Part shown: positions 1-13,270 of the stretch, piece after piece
How positions within the stretch are numbered: position 1 is the first letter of the stretch
Layout of the letters: every line of letters begins with the position of its first letter
From: Phoronis australis
Lineage: Eukaryota > Animalia > Phoronida
Direction: 5' to 3'
Assembly: GCA_002633005.1 (NCBI GenBank)
Contig: NMRA01000201.1
Span: 381,507 to 440,502 of the forward strand
DNA: 58,996 bases
Made by a program: the position numbers and the translations under genes
Notes under the pieces: generated by a model
Told to the model about the DNA's origin: nothing
The model's input: the letters and a program-made list of their open reading frames with translations, nothing else
Databases searched by the model: none

Positions 1-31
1 CAAAAAGCCAACACCGTGCACCGTTATTCAC

Positions 32-272
32 CTTGGTAAGTCGCAAGCCATTAGCATGCAGTGTTGCAAGACCCGAGCAGCAGACTAGAGCACTAGAGCT
101 GGACAAACCAGCGCTCCTTGGCACTGTGCCATCGGTCATCACCAACATGCCTTTGGAGGCGGCCATCTTGAAGTGTTCCAGGATACCCTTGAAGCCACAC
201 AGGAAATAGTGGTACCACTGAGGACATGACTTGTCAATCACCACACCGTTGGAGGTGTCAAAGGTGAAATCA
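32..272 (-). CDS. GALK2: GALK2 exon 4 (GHMP ATP-binding loop)
   Basis: tttcag acceptor, gtgaat donor; encodes [34 protein letters not shown]...[34 protein letters not shown]. Confidence 0.95.
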
Positions 273-3200
273 CTGAAATAAAGAGGGCGGGTTTCAGTAA
301 CCAATCAAAGCTCTATTGTTTCCATTACATCTGATTTTGAAAAAAAAATCAAAGTTTAATTACTGTATCCCAATTGACAAAGAACAGACAGAAGATTCAC
401 CATACATGTGGTATAAGTCATCATACCCGTTTGTTATCACAACCTGCTGAGCAGAAATGGTTTAAAATAATTACTGCGTCAGATCTGTAGTTGTAATCGT
501 TATTTAATAAATAAATAATATACTGACAAGTACACCGTTCATAACTACCAAAAACATTCAAATTGTAATTATGTAATCATTATGCATTATGTAATTATGT
601 ATTACATTACTGTATTTGTCAAATCAGAACGAGATACAATAAATGAAATAAATATATTTATATCTAAGAGGCACAATGATATGTGTTTATTAAGAATGTG
701 CAAAACAGATGATCAAAGCATGCCTTGTAAAATAAAATAAATATTACAATAATGAAAGTGCTTTCCAAGTTCTGTTTCCAGGGACCTAACCGTGAAGAAC
801 AGACATGGGCAGGCAACAGAGATGCTTTCCACAACAGAAATCTAACTTTCTGTCATCTAGAGGCAGCCATTCACTATTCAAAGTGCAGACCACTAGTAGC
901 AACCGGCAGTGGAGCTAAAACATGTCAGCCTTAGAAAACTGACTGCATGTTGACCGCACCATGTAAGTAAAGGAGGACACCATTGTTTTCGTGACTTAAC
1001 CCAGATTAGTACAACCACCCCAGAGAGATAAAACACCATCATTTAAAACCATCCTCATTGTGTCACAAAATAATTCCAGACCCGAGGTTCAAGGGAGGTC
1101 TCCCCACACTCCTCGATAAAATCACCAACAAAAACGACGTTCCGTCATTTTGCCCAACCAACAGGTGATGTATGGGGTTTTCAAACTGGCACCATAGTTT
1201 TGACAGGTGGCAATGGTACTAGTATGGAGCTAATTTTTTCAAAGGTTTAAGTGGTCTACCTGTAATAATACATGTACGTCAGTACATAGGCTAAAACAAG
1301 GCTTGGTAGCCTTCAAAATGAAATTAATTACTGCTGTCACCATTTTGATTGAGGAGACAGTGTGGCCTATTGGGATAAGTGTCGGCTTCCTTTACTCAAG
1401 GCCACAGGTTCAAGTCCCACTGGGCCACACTGCTAGAACCTCGAGTCAGGTGTCTATAAATTAATAAAGCATAAAAATGGTTCCCGGTTATCAATGCGTT
1501 GGGCCAACCTGAGTGGCCAACGCATGTCTGATACAACGTGTGAAAGACTGTCTGCAATTTATTTTGTATTGACAGGGAGTGTCAATGAGGAAGGAAGTGA
1601 GGGGCGGAGCATAAATCTGAAGAGACAGTTGATGATAGACGGAGATGTGTACTGCTCAAACTATCAAGTTATCAATAAGTCAATAGGGATGGAAACTGTG
1701 ACGTCACGTTACAGGGGTGGCCTAGGAAATTCCTTGGTTCTAACACTAGCCACTTCTCTAAAGGAAATTACAATAGGTCAAAAGTTTAAGTGGAAAATCA
1801 ACAGTAAAACTCATGTTTTGGAACACACGAGGTTAATATACATAAATTATATATGGGTTACTGATACTGTGACATGAACTTCAGGTTTTAAAAAATTATT
1901 TTTGTTGAATTTTTTTCACTTTGAAAAAAAAGTTACTGCAAGGGAATAGAACAAATTATGCAATATTAGACGTCTCTAAGTTGGAGTAGTTGCTAAGGGT
2001 GTGGCGCAATCACTTTCTGACCCTATATACATATCATGCAGGCTTACCAGTATTTTTGTTAACGTGGTGATTTTATCGCTCGTTTTGCTTGTCGAGTCCT
2101 TAGTTTCAACACCAAGTACCGGCGAATTATGAAAAACTTTAATTGCTCCTGTCAGGAAGAGATCTCTTCCTGCTACTATTAATTAACTATTAAATAAATG
2201 TCAACTGATGTTATGGAACTACAAATAGAGATAACACAATCATGAAACAGAAGATAACTTTTTAACAAGCTTAGTAGAATAACACTTATTATCACTGATG
2301 CATGATGTAATCTGAGTCATGCATCATCCAGACTTATACTGAATACACATCTGCTGTCTGCAGTTTGACAAAATGTTATTGCACCTGTTGAATAGCACAA
2401 AAATTTATCAGATAAGCCTAAGCTAAAAATCAATATTTCCATAGCCAGCATTAACCAACACACTACTCAGTGTCGACAGGGACAACTGTACATTCAAACA
2501 AACCTGAATCACAGCACTTAAACAAATCTTAATTATGTGTTTCAATAAAAAAGTTTTTGATCTTTCAACATCAAAAGAAGGAAAAGTTTCTTTACTCGGC
2601 ATGGTTGGTACAATTAAGTGGCTACCAAGAGGAATACAGAAAAATTTCACAAACAGCAACTCTGCCCCTTTCATGGCATCTTGCACTTGGTCAATAGATT
2701 TTCCTAACAGACGTAAGTGTACGAATTTTTCTGTTGTCAAGAGGCCTGTTTATCAAAAAATCTGATCTAAGGAGCTACTGTGAGGAGTGAAGCAACTACC
2801 CAATATGTAAATTAATTGCTTCCCAGCAATTAATTTACATATCGGGACTAAAACTGATGGCTTTCTAACTGCTTGGCTCCTTAAATTAAATTCCTTGTAA
2901 AAAGTATAATCACGTTACAATAATTTCAACCCGAACACACGCGATGAAAATTAGCTAAAATTTACAATGGACTAGATTTCCATTCTCTGGTACCTGCTGA
3001 GGAATGGTTTGAGTAGATAAGAGGCCTGTGAGTTGTGAAGATGGACAAAAGTGCACCAGGAGGCTTAACAAGAGCAACGCGGAGTGTTGAATTATGCCCA
3101 TGACTCCACAGCAAATGGTGCTGCTTCTAGGGGTGCTTATTTGCATCACAAAAATGACTATTAGATGGCACAGAATACATTGAACCCATTCAAAAATCGA

Positions 3201-6200
3201 AAGGCATCGTTTCTCTAAACTATTTGCCAAATTTCATGAAAATTCATCAAAGAACTCCAAAGATACAAAGGCAAACCCGTAACAATACAAAATGTCATTA
3301 GGAACCACTGAGGTAGGCGAATCCATCCATCTGCTGTCAAGTTAATAGGAATACACTAATCCAAACTTTTAAAGACATCTTGCAAGAGGTTTAGGAGATA
3401 CTGCCGTAGATGCAAAAAAATGCCACTCAGGGGGCACCACAGTAGTTGGACCTATTTGAAAACTTACGTCAGTCATGCTTGTGTCAGTAAGAACACATCT
3501 GCTAATTTTCATAATGATCCTCTATGCACTTTGGCAGATACAGAAGCAGACGACAATAAACAGACTAAAAATAATTCAAATGGCCACCAGTTGGTACAGA
3601 ATACATCACGTCCATCACAAAAAAGGAAATGTTAAGATGCCGTTGTCTTCACGATAACGCCAAAGAACGTTGCAGGTATAGCCGCAAAGTCAACATAAAA
3701 GTAAATTGCCAATAGGGTCCAGTGCTGCTGTAGTTGGATTGGTCTGAAACTAGACGTCATCTGTTGTCATCTCCATAGGAAAACATCTGCTGAATTTCAC
3801 AAAGATCTTTCAAAGGGTAAAAAGAGATACAGATGCCATGGAAGCCAAAAACAGAACACATCCGAAAATAAATGTCAACTTCGGTCTTATCATCAGAACA
3901 CATTCCCAAATCATTAATAACGATCCTTCAAGTGGTTTTGTTGATGGAGAGAATGACGTCAAAAACATACTAACAAAGTTTTTAAAATGGCCACTGGGTG
4001 GCACAGAATATCTCAGATCCACCTGAAAATGAGAAGCCGTGGTTGTCTCCTTAATAGAAACTTATTTCCAAAATTTCATGATAATAAAAACAGCCACCAA
4101 TATGTTGAATCTATCTGAAAACAGAAACCTGTCATTATCCTTTTAATAGAAACCTATTCAAATTTCTTAAAACTCTGTCAAGGAGTTTCAAAGAATCAGA
4201 TACAGACTCTGAGGACAATGAAAAAATAAAATTGCCACTTTGGGGGCACAGCGGCAGTCGGATCCGTCCAAATGTCATTGTCTGTTGTCATCTTATTAAT
4301 ACACTTGCCAAAATTAATAAAGATCCTGCACAGGGTTTTGGAGATACAGCCATAGACACTTAACTGCACTGTTTAGTCGAAATCGTCGGAAAACCAACGC
4401 CACCCGTCTTCTTCACACCAGGAACATATACACTAAAATCTTACCAAATTTGGACAAAAATAAGTGCCAAAATGCCATTTAATTTGGTGCTACATATCTG
4501 TTTTGGAAAAAACCAAATGGGAGTTTTCTGTAATATTTGGGACACAAACGTGAAATTTAAATTTTCATTGCTATAAAAGATTAGCAAAACCAAATGTAGC
4601 ATCAGACAGTGTCCAAGAAACTGTGGACATTCACAAAAACAGCCGAAGAAACTTTTCAAAAATGAAAAAGGTCAGTTTTGGCAATTTACTTGTTGTCCGA
4701 AACTACTTAGAAATTTCAGTAACCTTAAATTGATATAAAAAATTGGCAATTTTTCCAAATATTTTTGTGCCAAATTAAAAGAACTTTTACAGTGTGCAAT
4801 AACCAGTTACCTGTATTCTTTGTAATTGACATTAGCCAAGCAAACCTTTGCCTCATTATGGGGTGCCACAGCCATGACCATGTCCTGCTCTACTGCCATG
4901 GGCAGAACAGCGTAACCACAGTAGTCAATGTGCTCACCTGAAAACAAATTAAACTTTCCGAAAATGTCAATTGAGGTCTAGTGCATAAACAACAAACTAG
5001 TACTGACAACAGCTTGGAAGACATTATGCTAAAATGTCACTAACTTCAGCCAAAAAGTTACCAAAGTTGGTTTCTCGCATTTTTCAAAGACTCAATGTTA
5101 TGAATGCATAGTATTTATCAAAACTAATGTCTGGTAGTAGATGTGGTATGATGAAAAACATAAAAATAAATTTTTAAACTGTTTATTTGATCTATGCCTC
5201 ATTAAAAATGACAAAAAATATTTCATTGTCTGCTGATGTGTCCTAAATTAGGGAGATTATATGCTAATTAGGAGTTTTAGCCAAGAACATTAATCTATGC
5301 CCCAAGACGTAGACACACATTTTTAATTCATGGCAAACTATGTCATCAGAAGTAGAGTTATGGTTTCGATAATCAACTCAAACTTTGACCACCAGAGAAC
5401 ATGCTCTGATCTTTGGCCCTGCAAACTTGATTTCCTTCCATACAAAACAAAATATACATCTCTTTCATGCCAATACAATTTTCAAATTCTCAGTCCTAAT
5501 AAATATGCACGCATGCGCTCAAACACTTACTCAGTTAACATTTCCCAGGGGCATAATCACCATTATTTTGTTTGCATCAGAGGTCAAAGGTCTCATTTTC
5601 CATATAAGGGAAATGTGCTACGTCTATAAACAAACAAGGAGACTAAGGTGCTTTGCCTGGTGGGAGAAATATTGTTGAAGTGACAAGCAGTTGACAGATC
5701 CTTTTTTGAAATTTGAAACTAAAACAAAATGCTTTGGCATCAACAGAAATTCAAATTCTTTAAGAGCAAATCGCAAAAATACCTGAACATTTCGATTTGT
5801 AGTGGCAGAGAACCACTTTGAATAATGCGATTTCGTCAGTTTTTTGAGTTCTATGTCACTTGAAGTGCGACATTTTCGTGAAAAATGTGTCATGAGTCAA
5901 ACTGAAGTAAAAGCCCCACGGAGCAAAATCTTTGAAACATGCAGTTTTAGCTCATATTTTAGGGTGGAGTTCTTTGTTGTTTTTTTTTTAATATGACCGT
6001 AAGTTACCTAGTTTTCTAATATAGAGAGCGTCCCAAGAAAATTAATGTACTCACAATTTAATTAAAAGACAATAACTGGAACAAAATCAATTGTTTAAAC
6101 TCAAAAAGAGCTGATCAAAAAAGGAATTAAAGACAAATTCAAAGTTTTTTAAAATTTAGAAAGAAGATTAATAGAAAATTGCACCTCCTTGATATTTTTC

Positions 6201-9200
6201 TTTGAGATACGAAGATCCTTTCAATTAATCAGGGAAAAGTTCAGACTCACTAATTAAAATCAGTAAGAGTTTAAATTTAACGACAAATTACTCTAGACCT
6301 TACCGATGATATTAACTCTTCCCGGCGCTCTTGCATAGAAGGACGGAGCACAACCAAACTTCTTTTTGAATGCATCGTATAACTTCTCATACCTGGTAAA
6401 AACAATCGTGATTGCCAGGCCATTGCTACAATTTTAAAAAGTAAATGCAATTCGCTAGAATTTTTCATCTATTACTCCAATACCTACATCCATGTAGGTT
6501 GACAATTACCTTAACTCACCTGAAATTGCAGTTGATAGTTAATTTGATCTCACTAAAATTCAATATCCCCGACAAAATTTTGGTCGGTTGATCTGCTGAT
6601 TATTCAGAAACTTACCGGTATCTTCCACTTTGCTGTTACAATGAGTAGTGTTCAGTACAGCAATTATGTACAAGACTCGATTAGACGACCTCCAGATCGC
6701 CAATGCTAGCTCACACTTGGCGACCTGGTGAACAAATTTTTGACATTCAAATAATGAAAATTTTTGATTTTGAATGACGGATTTAATTTCATAGTCTGCA
6801 GTGTCTGAAATGGGCAGCAAGAATGTTACCAGCAGCTCGTGTTTATCACAGTTGTCCCGTCCTGGTTATCTCTTCCTGCTGACACCCATCCTTGTTCAGC
6901 AATGCCCAAAAAAGAGGCGCGTCTCTATCGTCCCAAGGTTCATTGGTATGAAGGTTCGATAGGCTGAACTATTTCAAAAATCACTTAGAAGTCAATTGTT
7001 AAGAATCAATAAAATTCAAGTTTTCGATAGTGTCCTAAACGAGAGAATTTTTACAGCCACTAGAACACAATGAGAAATATTTTCAATTTAAGCAAACACA
7101 TCAACGAATGAAAACTAAGATTCCAACAAATTACAAAAAATAATACAAGATCTTATTATCCAAACGAACTATAACACAAACACAAATTTCGGAATTTTAA
7201 TTGGAGACGTAGGCTCAAGATGCTTTACCCAAGAAATTTAATACTTCATTCCTGACCGTCTTATCAAGAATAAGACAATTCTAAGAGTTTGTAGTCTAAT
7301 AAGTTATCCTGAATGAAATCTGGCAACTAAGACTACTTGATGAACTCAGTCAGGCTTATCTTCAATGAGTTTAAGCATGCAATCTTAAGCTCAAGTGACC
7401 AATTTTGATAATTTTATCAGTTAACAGTACTTCCATCTCCACTCACTGGTATCAATCTAGACTAAATACCTACATGACTCTCTAGAAAGTTCGTGCAAAA
7501 AGGACATAATCGAAAGTTCGACGCAGTGTGACAGAGTTCAGCCAAATACTGTCCAACTTGAATGTTAATACAACTCTTAAGTTAACACAGTAATCATTCA
7601 CCAATTTGTTGAGTTTTCATTAAGCAATCTTAACTTAACTGTATTAACATTCAAGTATCTAAAACTGTCAAATTTATTTAACCCTAAGGGCAAAATTCTT
7701 ATGGATCTACCATCCAGGGTAGTTTACAAATTTAGCTGTGCTGGATGTGACTTCAGCTATATAGGCCAAACTGTTCACCATTTGAAAACCCAAACCAGGG
7801 GACATCTAAATTCTGACAGATGTTCACATGTAAATATTCACCTACAGAGCTCCAATCATTGCTATCAGCAGTGCTCTTTCAATGACTTTGCAATAATACA
7901 CCAGGCAGTAACAACAAAGGAGCTTAAAATTCGTGAGGCTCTACACATCAGTTGGTGCAAGCTCAATCTCAATAGGCAACTGACACACCACAGGCTGTCA
8001 TTGTTGGTCTAGTTTGTTGTCACTCCCTGTAACTGACTGTATCTTTGCTTCATTACTTGTTGCTGGGCCTGGCAAGGTGGCCACTATATTCTATTAAACC
8101 TGTTGCTCCTACTGAGCGTATAAACCTGTTGTTCCTACTGTAACTCGATCAGCGGACATCACAGTGAAATTATCTTTAATTTCACCTCACTGCTAAAGTT
8201 AAAGACCATAGCATTGAGGGATCTGTGCCCTTGTTGGGAGTTACAATCTTCATTGAAAAGTAACTCAACCTTATTTCCATGACCAGTCATGAGTTACAAT
8301 AGATCAGAGCCATCTATTCTATAGTCCAATACAAAAATCGAAGCCTTTATAGGATTGTATGAGTGGATATAGGCAAGGTCCTAAGGAATACAAGCCAAAA
8401 CTGTTTAGGCAAAATGACCAGGAGGGAGTGGCCCCGTCATAACGGCTAGGTGGACGCAAAATTCATCATCACAGCAGCTTTCACGATCAAGTCAAATAAC
8501 ATTTCAATTAAAGTGGCTGAGTTATTCTTTAGTTATAAAATTTTGCCACCCTAATAGTTATTCCCGGTAATTTTTACAGTTAGCAGAATCAGCCGTCATG
8601 ACAGGAAAATGGTATTTTGTCAGAGTAACTTTTGTCTTGTACTGTATCCCGTTTGACAGCATCAATCAACAAGTTTTGATCTTCCATTTCTATCAGTTTC
8701 AATGAAAGCTTTGAGGTGCTTGTTGTATGTTAATTTTTCACACCACATAACAACATGTGAAGTATATATTGTCCTCTGAAATTTCATACTTGCATTGTCA
8801 ATATCTTTTATTTCAGGATAGTAGGTCTTGAGATGCAAATAAGTGCCCTAGAACAGGCAGAAACCAGCCTTTCGTTCACAGGCACCTTTAATCAGCCGCT
8901 CGTGTAACACTTCTAGTAGGCCTACACGACGAGCTGATGAGAACGAGGCGTGAGAGTGCCTGTCGTTTCGTTCAGTACCACTTGAATAACTTGAATTAAA
9001 GAACATTTGCAGCCAACATACACATATACCCCCAAAATAAAGACACATAACCATTAACACTACTGATTGATAGCAACAAGGATTAGGACCTGCCATCGCC
9101 TGTTCTGGGCGTGTACTAGTTGTACTCGTACTAGACGAGTGTGACATGCAGACTGGCTAGCGTTGAACAGACTTCGTCTTAAAATCACGGGCCAATTTGA

Positions 9201-9355
9201 CAGGACACATCAGAAAAAAGTAATGGATTCGTAAACATAAATGTAACAAGAGCATCTTCCAGTATCCAATAATAAACAATCAATCAAATTTGTTATACAA
9301 ACCGCTTTGTTTGCTTTTCGGGATATTGCAACGTTGGCGGGTAAGCCTCCGACAT
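32..9355 (-). CDS. GALK2: N-acetylgalactosamine kinase (GHMP kinase family), 5' part; exons 9303-9355, 6304-6392, 4811-4937, 32-272; continues beyond the left edge
   Basis: Four GT-AG exons join in consistent phase: [66 protein letters not shown]...-DF...[11 protein letters not shown]...[19 protein letters not shown]. It carries the galactokinase signature RAPGRVNxIGEHxDY and the GHMP ATP loop PxxxGLSSSSA; IDYCGY and YFLCGxKG point to GALK2 rather than GALK1. Confidence 0.95.
1352..1680 (+). mobile_element. tRNA-derived SINE (degenerate)
   Basis: Pol III A-box-like TGGCCTATTGG (~1363) and B-box GGTTCAAGTCCC (~1407) at tRNA spacing, followed by a non-tRNA body; the 3' end is approximate. Confidence 0.65.
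2799..2846. repeat. Hairpin, 22-bp stem (1 mismatch) with 4-nt loop
   Basis: cccaatatgtaaattaattgct-tccc-agcaattaatttacatatcggg. Confidence 0.85.
3225..4360 (+). repeat. Degenerate tandem array of ~130-140 bp units
   Basis: Recurring blocks 'ccaaatttcatgaa..gatcc..caag.ggttt.ggagatacag' and 'aaatgccact..gggggcac...gttggatc' near 3228, 3360, 3500, 3790, 3905, 4070, 4160, 4310. Confidence 0.65.
4811..4937 (-). CDS. GALK2: GALK2 exon 3
   Basis: tttcag/gtaact; encodes (G)[41 protein letters not shown](S). Confidence 0.95.
6304..6392 (-). CDS. GALK2: GALK2 exon 2
   Basis: taccag/gtaagg; encodes [29 protein letters not shown](G). Confidence 0.95.
7556..7656. repeat. Small MITE-like element with 17-bp perfect terminal inverted repeats
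   Basis: acttgaatgttaataca (7556-7572) and tgtattaacattcaagt (7640-7656). Confidence 0.65.
7650..8012 (+). mobile_element. Penelope-like retroelement remnant, GIY-YIG endonuclease C-terminus
   Basis: [46 protein letters not shown]...HL...[21 protein letters not shown] fits the PLE GIY-YIG pattern (VVY..C..C...YIG.T; E..HI...P.LN); no intact reverse transcriptase upstream. Confidence 0.88.
9303..9355 (-). CDS. GALK2: GALK2 exon 1 (start codon)
   Basis: ATG TCG...[17 protein letters not shown](R); its phase-2 donor gtttgt matches the phase of exon 2; lies in a CpG-richer region. Confidence 0.8.
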
Positions 9356-9553
9356 GTTTGTTTTCCTAGGTGACCTATTTTCAAACGCGCTACCTGGCGT
9401 GCGTTCTGCAAACGAGATAATCTCGCGCTCACCCAACTAAGCACTGAAATTGGCCGGCGTTAGTAAGTCTGAACTTTTTCGATGTCCCCGAGGTCAAAAC
9501 ATTTCTTCGACATCGATTTGTACCATAGCGTACACAAAAGACAAAAATTAGTT

Positions 9554-9759
9554 GGACCCGTTCCAACAAAACTGGCTTAGCTAAGACAAATCTTACATTT
9601 TAGTAAATTTTAAAATATATGTTAAAGTTGTCTGAAAACCAATTCAAGAGATTTTAAGTTTGATTTAAGTGTTTGACATAAGTTTTGTCTTAATTTTGAC
9701 TAACTGACCAAATGTGGAAGTTTAAGTTTAAGACAAATCTCTTTCTTGTAACAGGACCC
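9554..9759. mobile_element. MITE-like element with imperfect TIRs
   Basis: Starts ggacccgttccaacaaa and ends ttcttgtaacaggaccc; internal aagacaaatct / ttgtcttaa motifs, with similar motifs near 7255-7390 and 36815-36872. Confidence 0.45.
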
Positions 9760-12700
9760 AGTTCCATAGTCCGAAAGGTCGATAGTCCGACAGAACACTA
9801 AGTCGGCAGGTAGCTGGCCTACTGGCTACGTCCGAAGCCGACTCAGTGGATGAGCCGGCGCTCGCTCCGGCGCTATGAAGGGTCAGCGAGCCCGAAGGAC
9901 CGATAATTCCATCGATATCCCGAAAAGATACAACTCTTTGCCATGTCTTCGGAAATTTATTTACTTAGCGACGTACATCACTCACAGTGCAAAACTTCCG
10001 TAGGCCTATACTCAGTGAGTCAGCCATGCGTGAAATGCTAATTAACGAATTCACTGAAATTTAAAAGTAAACCGCTAAGTTCAGAATGTCGGTTTTTGCC
10101 AACTTAAAGAAAGTTATCAAGTATCATTTAGACCCATGCGCCTACATTCGAAGCTACGACGACAAACGATAGCTCGGAATTAGGCGCACCCTAAAAATTA
10201 AAGCCCCCATGTTTGCATGAACCAGATTTTATTCAAACGGCTTTTAGTGACTTTTTTAAGAAAAACTTGCTCGTGGCATCACACTTTTAGTCACTCATGC
10301 ATTTGTACACAATAACTTGAACTTATACAGTTGCAAATTTTTGCGTTTCGACGGTGAAGATGTTCCTATCTTGGTTCAAAAATGTCTGTTCATGTATGCC
10401 ACTTGCCCGGCGCTTTTTTGTGTTGACGACAGCCAAAGGCGAACCTTTTTTCACTCGTTAATGGAATATTCATCTAATCATAGTAAACATATAGCGCGCA
10501 TTTATGCTTAACAATCGAAACTTGTTTCCAACGGAAAGAACGCCCTCATTTCACCGTTCAGCTTTTTTTCGGGAAAAATAACTGTAGGCTCTCTTTCAGA
10601 CATTTCGGAAATAAAAACGTGTTGTTTTAAATTAAAATGGAAAAGAAACTCTTTTGAAAGACAAAAATATCATCTGGCGTTGCTTGGAAGATGAATAATC
10701 AGATAATCTCAGACCATTTCACCAAAATCGTTTACACCCAAAACGATTTCGGCCTTTAATTGCGGCAAAGTGCATTTTTTAGTTTACCGCAGAAGATTGA
10801 AAATTGTTGCACATTTACTTATCTTACTAATGATCACCTTTTCACGCTAGTTTGAAAATGGTAATTAAAACCTTTGACCGGATTTAAACACTATACCTGA
10901 CACCTTTTGGTCTCTTGGAGATTATCGCACTCACATACATGTACATTACTTCACAGGCATGTTCAGTGCTGGGGAATCTCAGCACCAAACTCCGAAAATT
11001 TTTCAAGCAGCCTTATTGGCGCTAATCGAAACTCCGGCGACTGACAAAGAGGAAACTTGGTCACTTTTCTAGAACCAAAGATTTTATAGATACCTCTTTG
11101 CTAGAACTGAGATGCTTTCTGGGCGCACGATCAACACGGACGGTTTCATGCTGAGGGAGTCATACGGCAATATATGCGCATACATGTACTAATCAAAATA
11201 AACTGCAAGGTATTAGATCGCTCTCTGTGTGAGGTGCTGCCTGTCGAAGCGTACAAAACGCCACCGTATTTTGATTGAAACAGTGTTAATTTTCCCATTG
11301 GGATTTTTTTGAACGAGAAAAATACAAGAAAAGCCGGCTAATCAAGTTCGGATTATTTGACAATTCGAATTGTCTGGCCGGCACAGTTTTCGTTTATTTT
11401 TGTCGATCAATATACGCGGCAATGCAATGTGGTTCAGAAATTTTCTTTTTCCACCTACACATATGTAGCATAGGTCAACGTAAAGTTCCTAGGATGTTCT
11501 TCGTCGTTACGTTCATAATTTTAAGAATATTTGCACGTATAATATACCGATGGAACAACAGTCAGTTGTATAGTTCCACGTGAGTCTGTACGGTTGTCAA
11601 GAGCCCAACTAGGCACGCAAAATGTTATTGTCAGGTAAAAAATGACAAAAGTCTAAAGTTGACGAGAATGGTTCGTTAATCAGGCTGGTGGGCTATGAGA
11701 CTTGAAACCTACTTCAATATGATAACTCAGGTCCATTATGATAAGTTTGTTTGAGAGTCTCACCTTGTTGCTATATACAATGAAGTTGCAAACATGCATT
11801 ACTGGACTCGTGGTGTCTCATTAGGCGTTACATAAAATTTCCCAATGGGCAACTACGATTGCCACTTGTCACAGAGCCTATACTTAATGACCGACTTCTT
11901 TCGTTTGTTTGAGTATTAGGGACAGTGTTGGTTAACAGCAATAACTGTTGCATGTTCGTGACTGCGTTCTTTTCACACTACTACTAAATCCATTATTTTA
12001 AAACACGTTTTCATTGTTTGAACGGCAAAAATCGGTTAACTGCCACAGGAAGAATGGGAAATAATTAAAACTGCTTTTTTGATGTACATGTATGCCCCAA
12101 CCTCCAAATTAACCTGTCAACACCGCTTGTCAGAGGTGATCTTTATACAAGGAAAAGTCCATAAGGCGAGTGTACTCACAGTCATGATCAAGGTTGGCTA
12201 GTATTTTTCAGTATTTGTCAATGGACACTGTACTCACGATAGACATTCCTCCAGTTTTCAGTCAATAAAAATGCTTGACCGTCTTCAGGAAGGATTGATC
12301 CCGGAATTTTTGCAACCAAAGTTAATTCTCGAATTTTGGTCTTTCAGCGTGGGATAGTTTACTAAGAAACTTGACAAGAATATGGTGATAGGTTTCCCCA
12401 ACTAATTCCTTACAAGAAAAATTGTTACCCTCCCTCGACCAACCTATATTATGTGTAAAACCGAAAACATTTTAAAGGGCATTATTGGTTTTGCCGCCGA
12501 AAGCCGTAATTCTGAGATTATTACTGGATAGACTTTTTGAAGTTATTACCTTTTCAATTTGATCAGATATACAAAACAACAAAAATCCTTTTTTATTTCA
12601 TTACAAAAAGTAATCTAATTTTTATCTGCCAGACATTTGACGAAATCAAGGCCTATATCTTTACCGGCTACTAATGCTTGGAATGCCGTGTTATTTACCA

Positions 12701-13270
12701 AGTGGGATGTAGCTCTAACAGCAGGGCAGTTAGCTGTGACCACGGGGGCTCCAGGTTTAGTTCAACTTGAAGAATACATATTGTGGGCGGTCTGCTACAC
12801 GTTGTACCAGACATGCACAAGCCACTCAGGTGGGCCCCTTGCACTGATCACGTGATTCCCCTCTAAGGCTGACCACAGAAATTCAATGTCCCGTCGATAA
12901 TACCCCTAAGTTTAATTGTCGTTTGACAAAAGAATTAAGATTTTAAATTGTAAAAAACGGAGTGATTTTTGAAAAAAATATTGCTGAATAATATTACTCG
13001 AACAACTTGCCAATATATTTCAAATCATAAAACGTACAGCCGAACCAATATAAACCGTGACCAAACACAGGGTTCAACAGAAAGTCGCTACAGCAATATA
13101 TGAATATACTGGACGTTTTACTAATTAATAACTGAGTTTTGAGCACCACGCCACCAGCACCTTTAACGAATCAGCCCATCGACGATATACTTTAATATCA
13201 TAGTATATCGTCAAAGGGTGCCTGTGACAATACAAACGCTACAAATAACGGATATTATCTGTTTTTCGGG

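Noticed and set aside
1352-1430. Possible tRNA gene
   Set aside because: A and B boxes are present but there is no convincing cloverleaf or terminator, and it runs into a SINE-like body
2423-2765. Possible reverse-transcriptase remnant (SFDVE)
   Set aside because: A single short motif; no other RT motifs recognisable
3225-4360. CRISPR-like repeat-spacer array
   Set aside because: Eukaryotic context, units are long and degenerate throughout, and there are no cas genes
6616-6724. ag/gtaagt-bounded segment in GALK2 intron 1
   Set aside because: Its open frame ends in phase 1, incompatible with exon 2; the phase-2 frame has a stop; exon 9303-9355 fits better
10317-10560. Possible THAP/transposase remnant
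   Set aside because: Only a vague resemblance, with multiple stops
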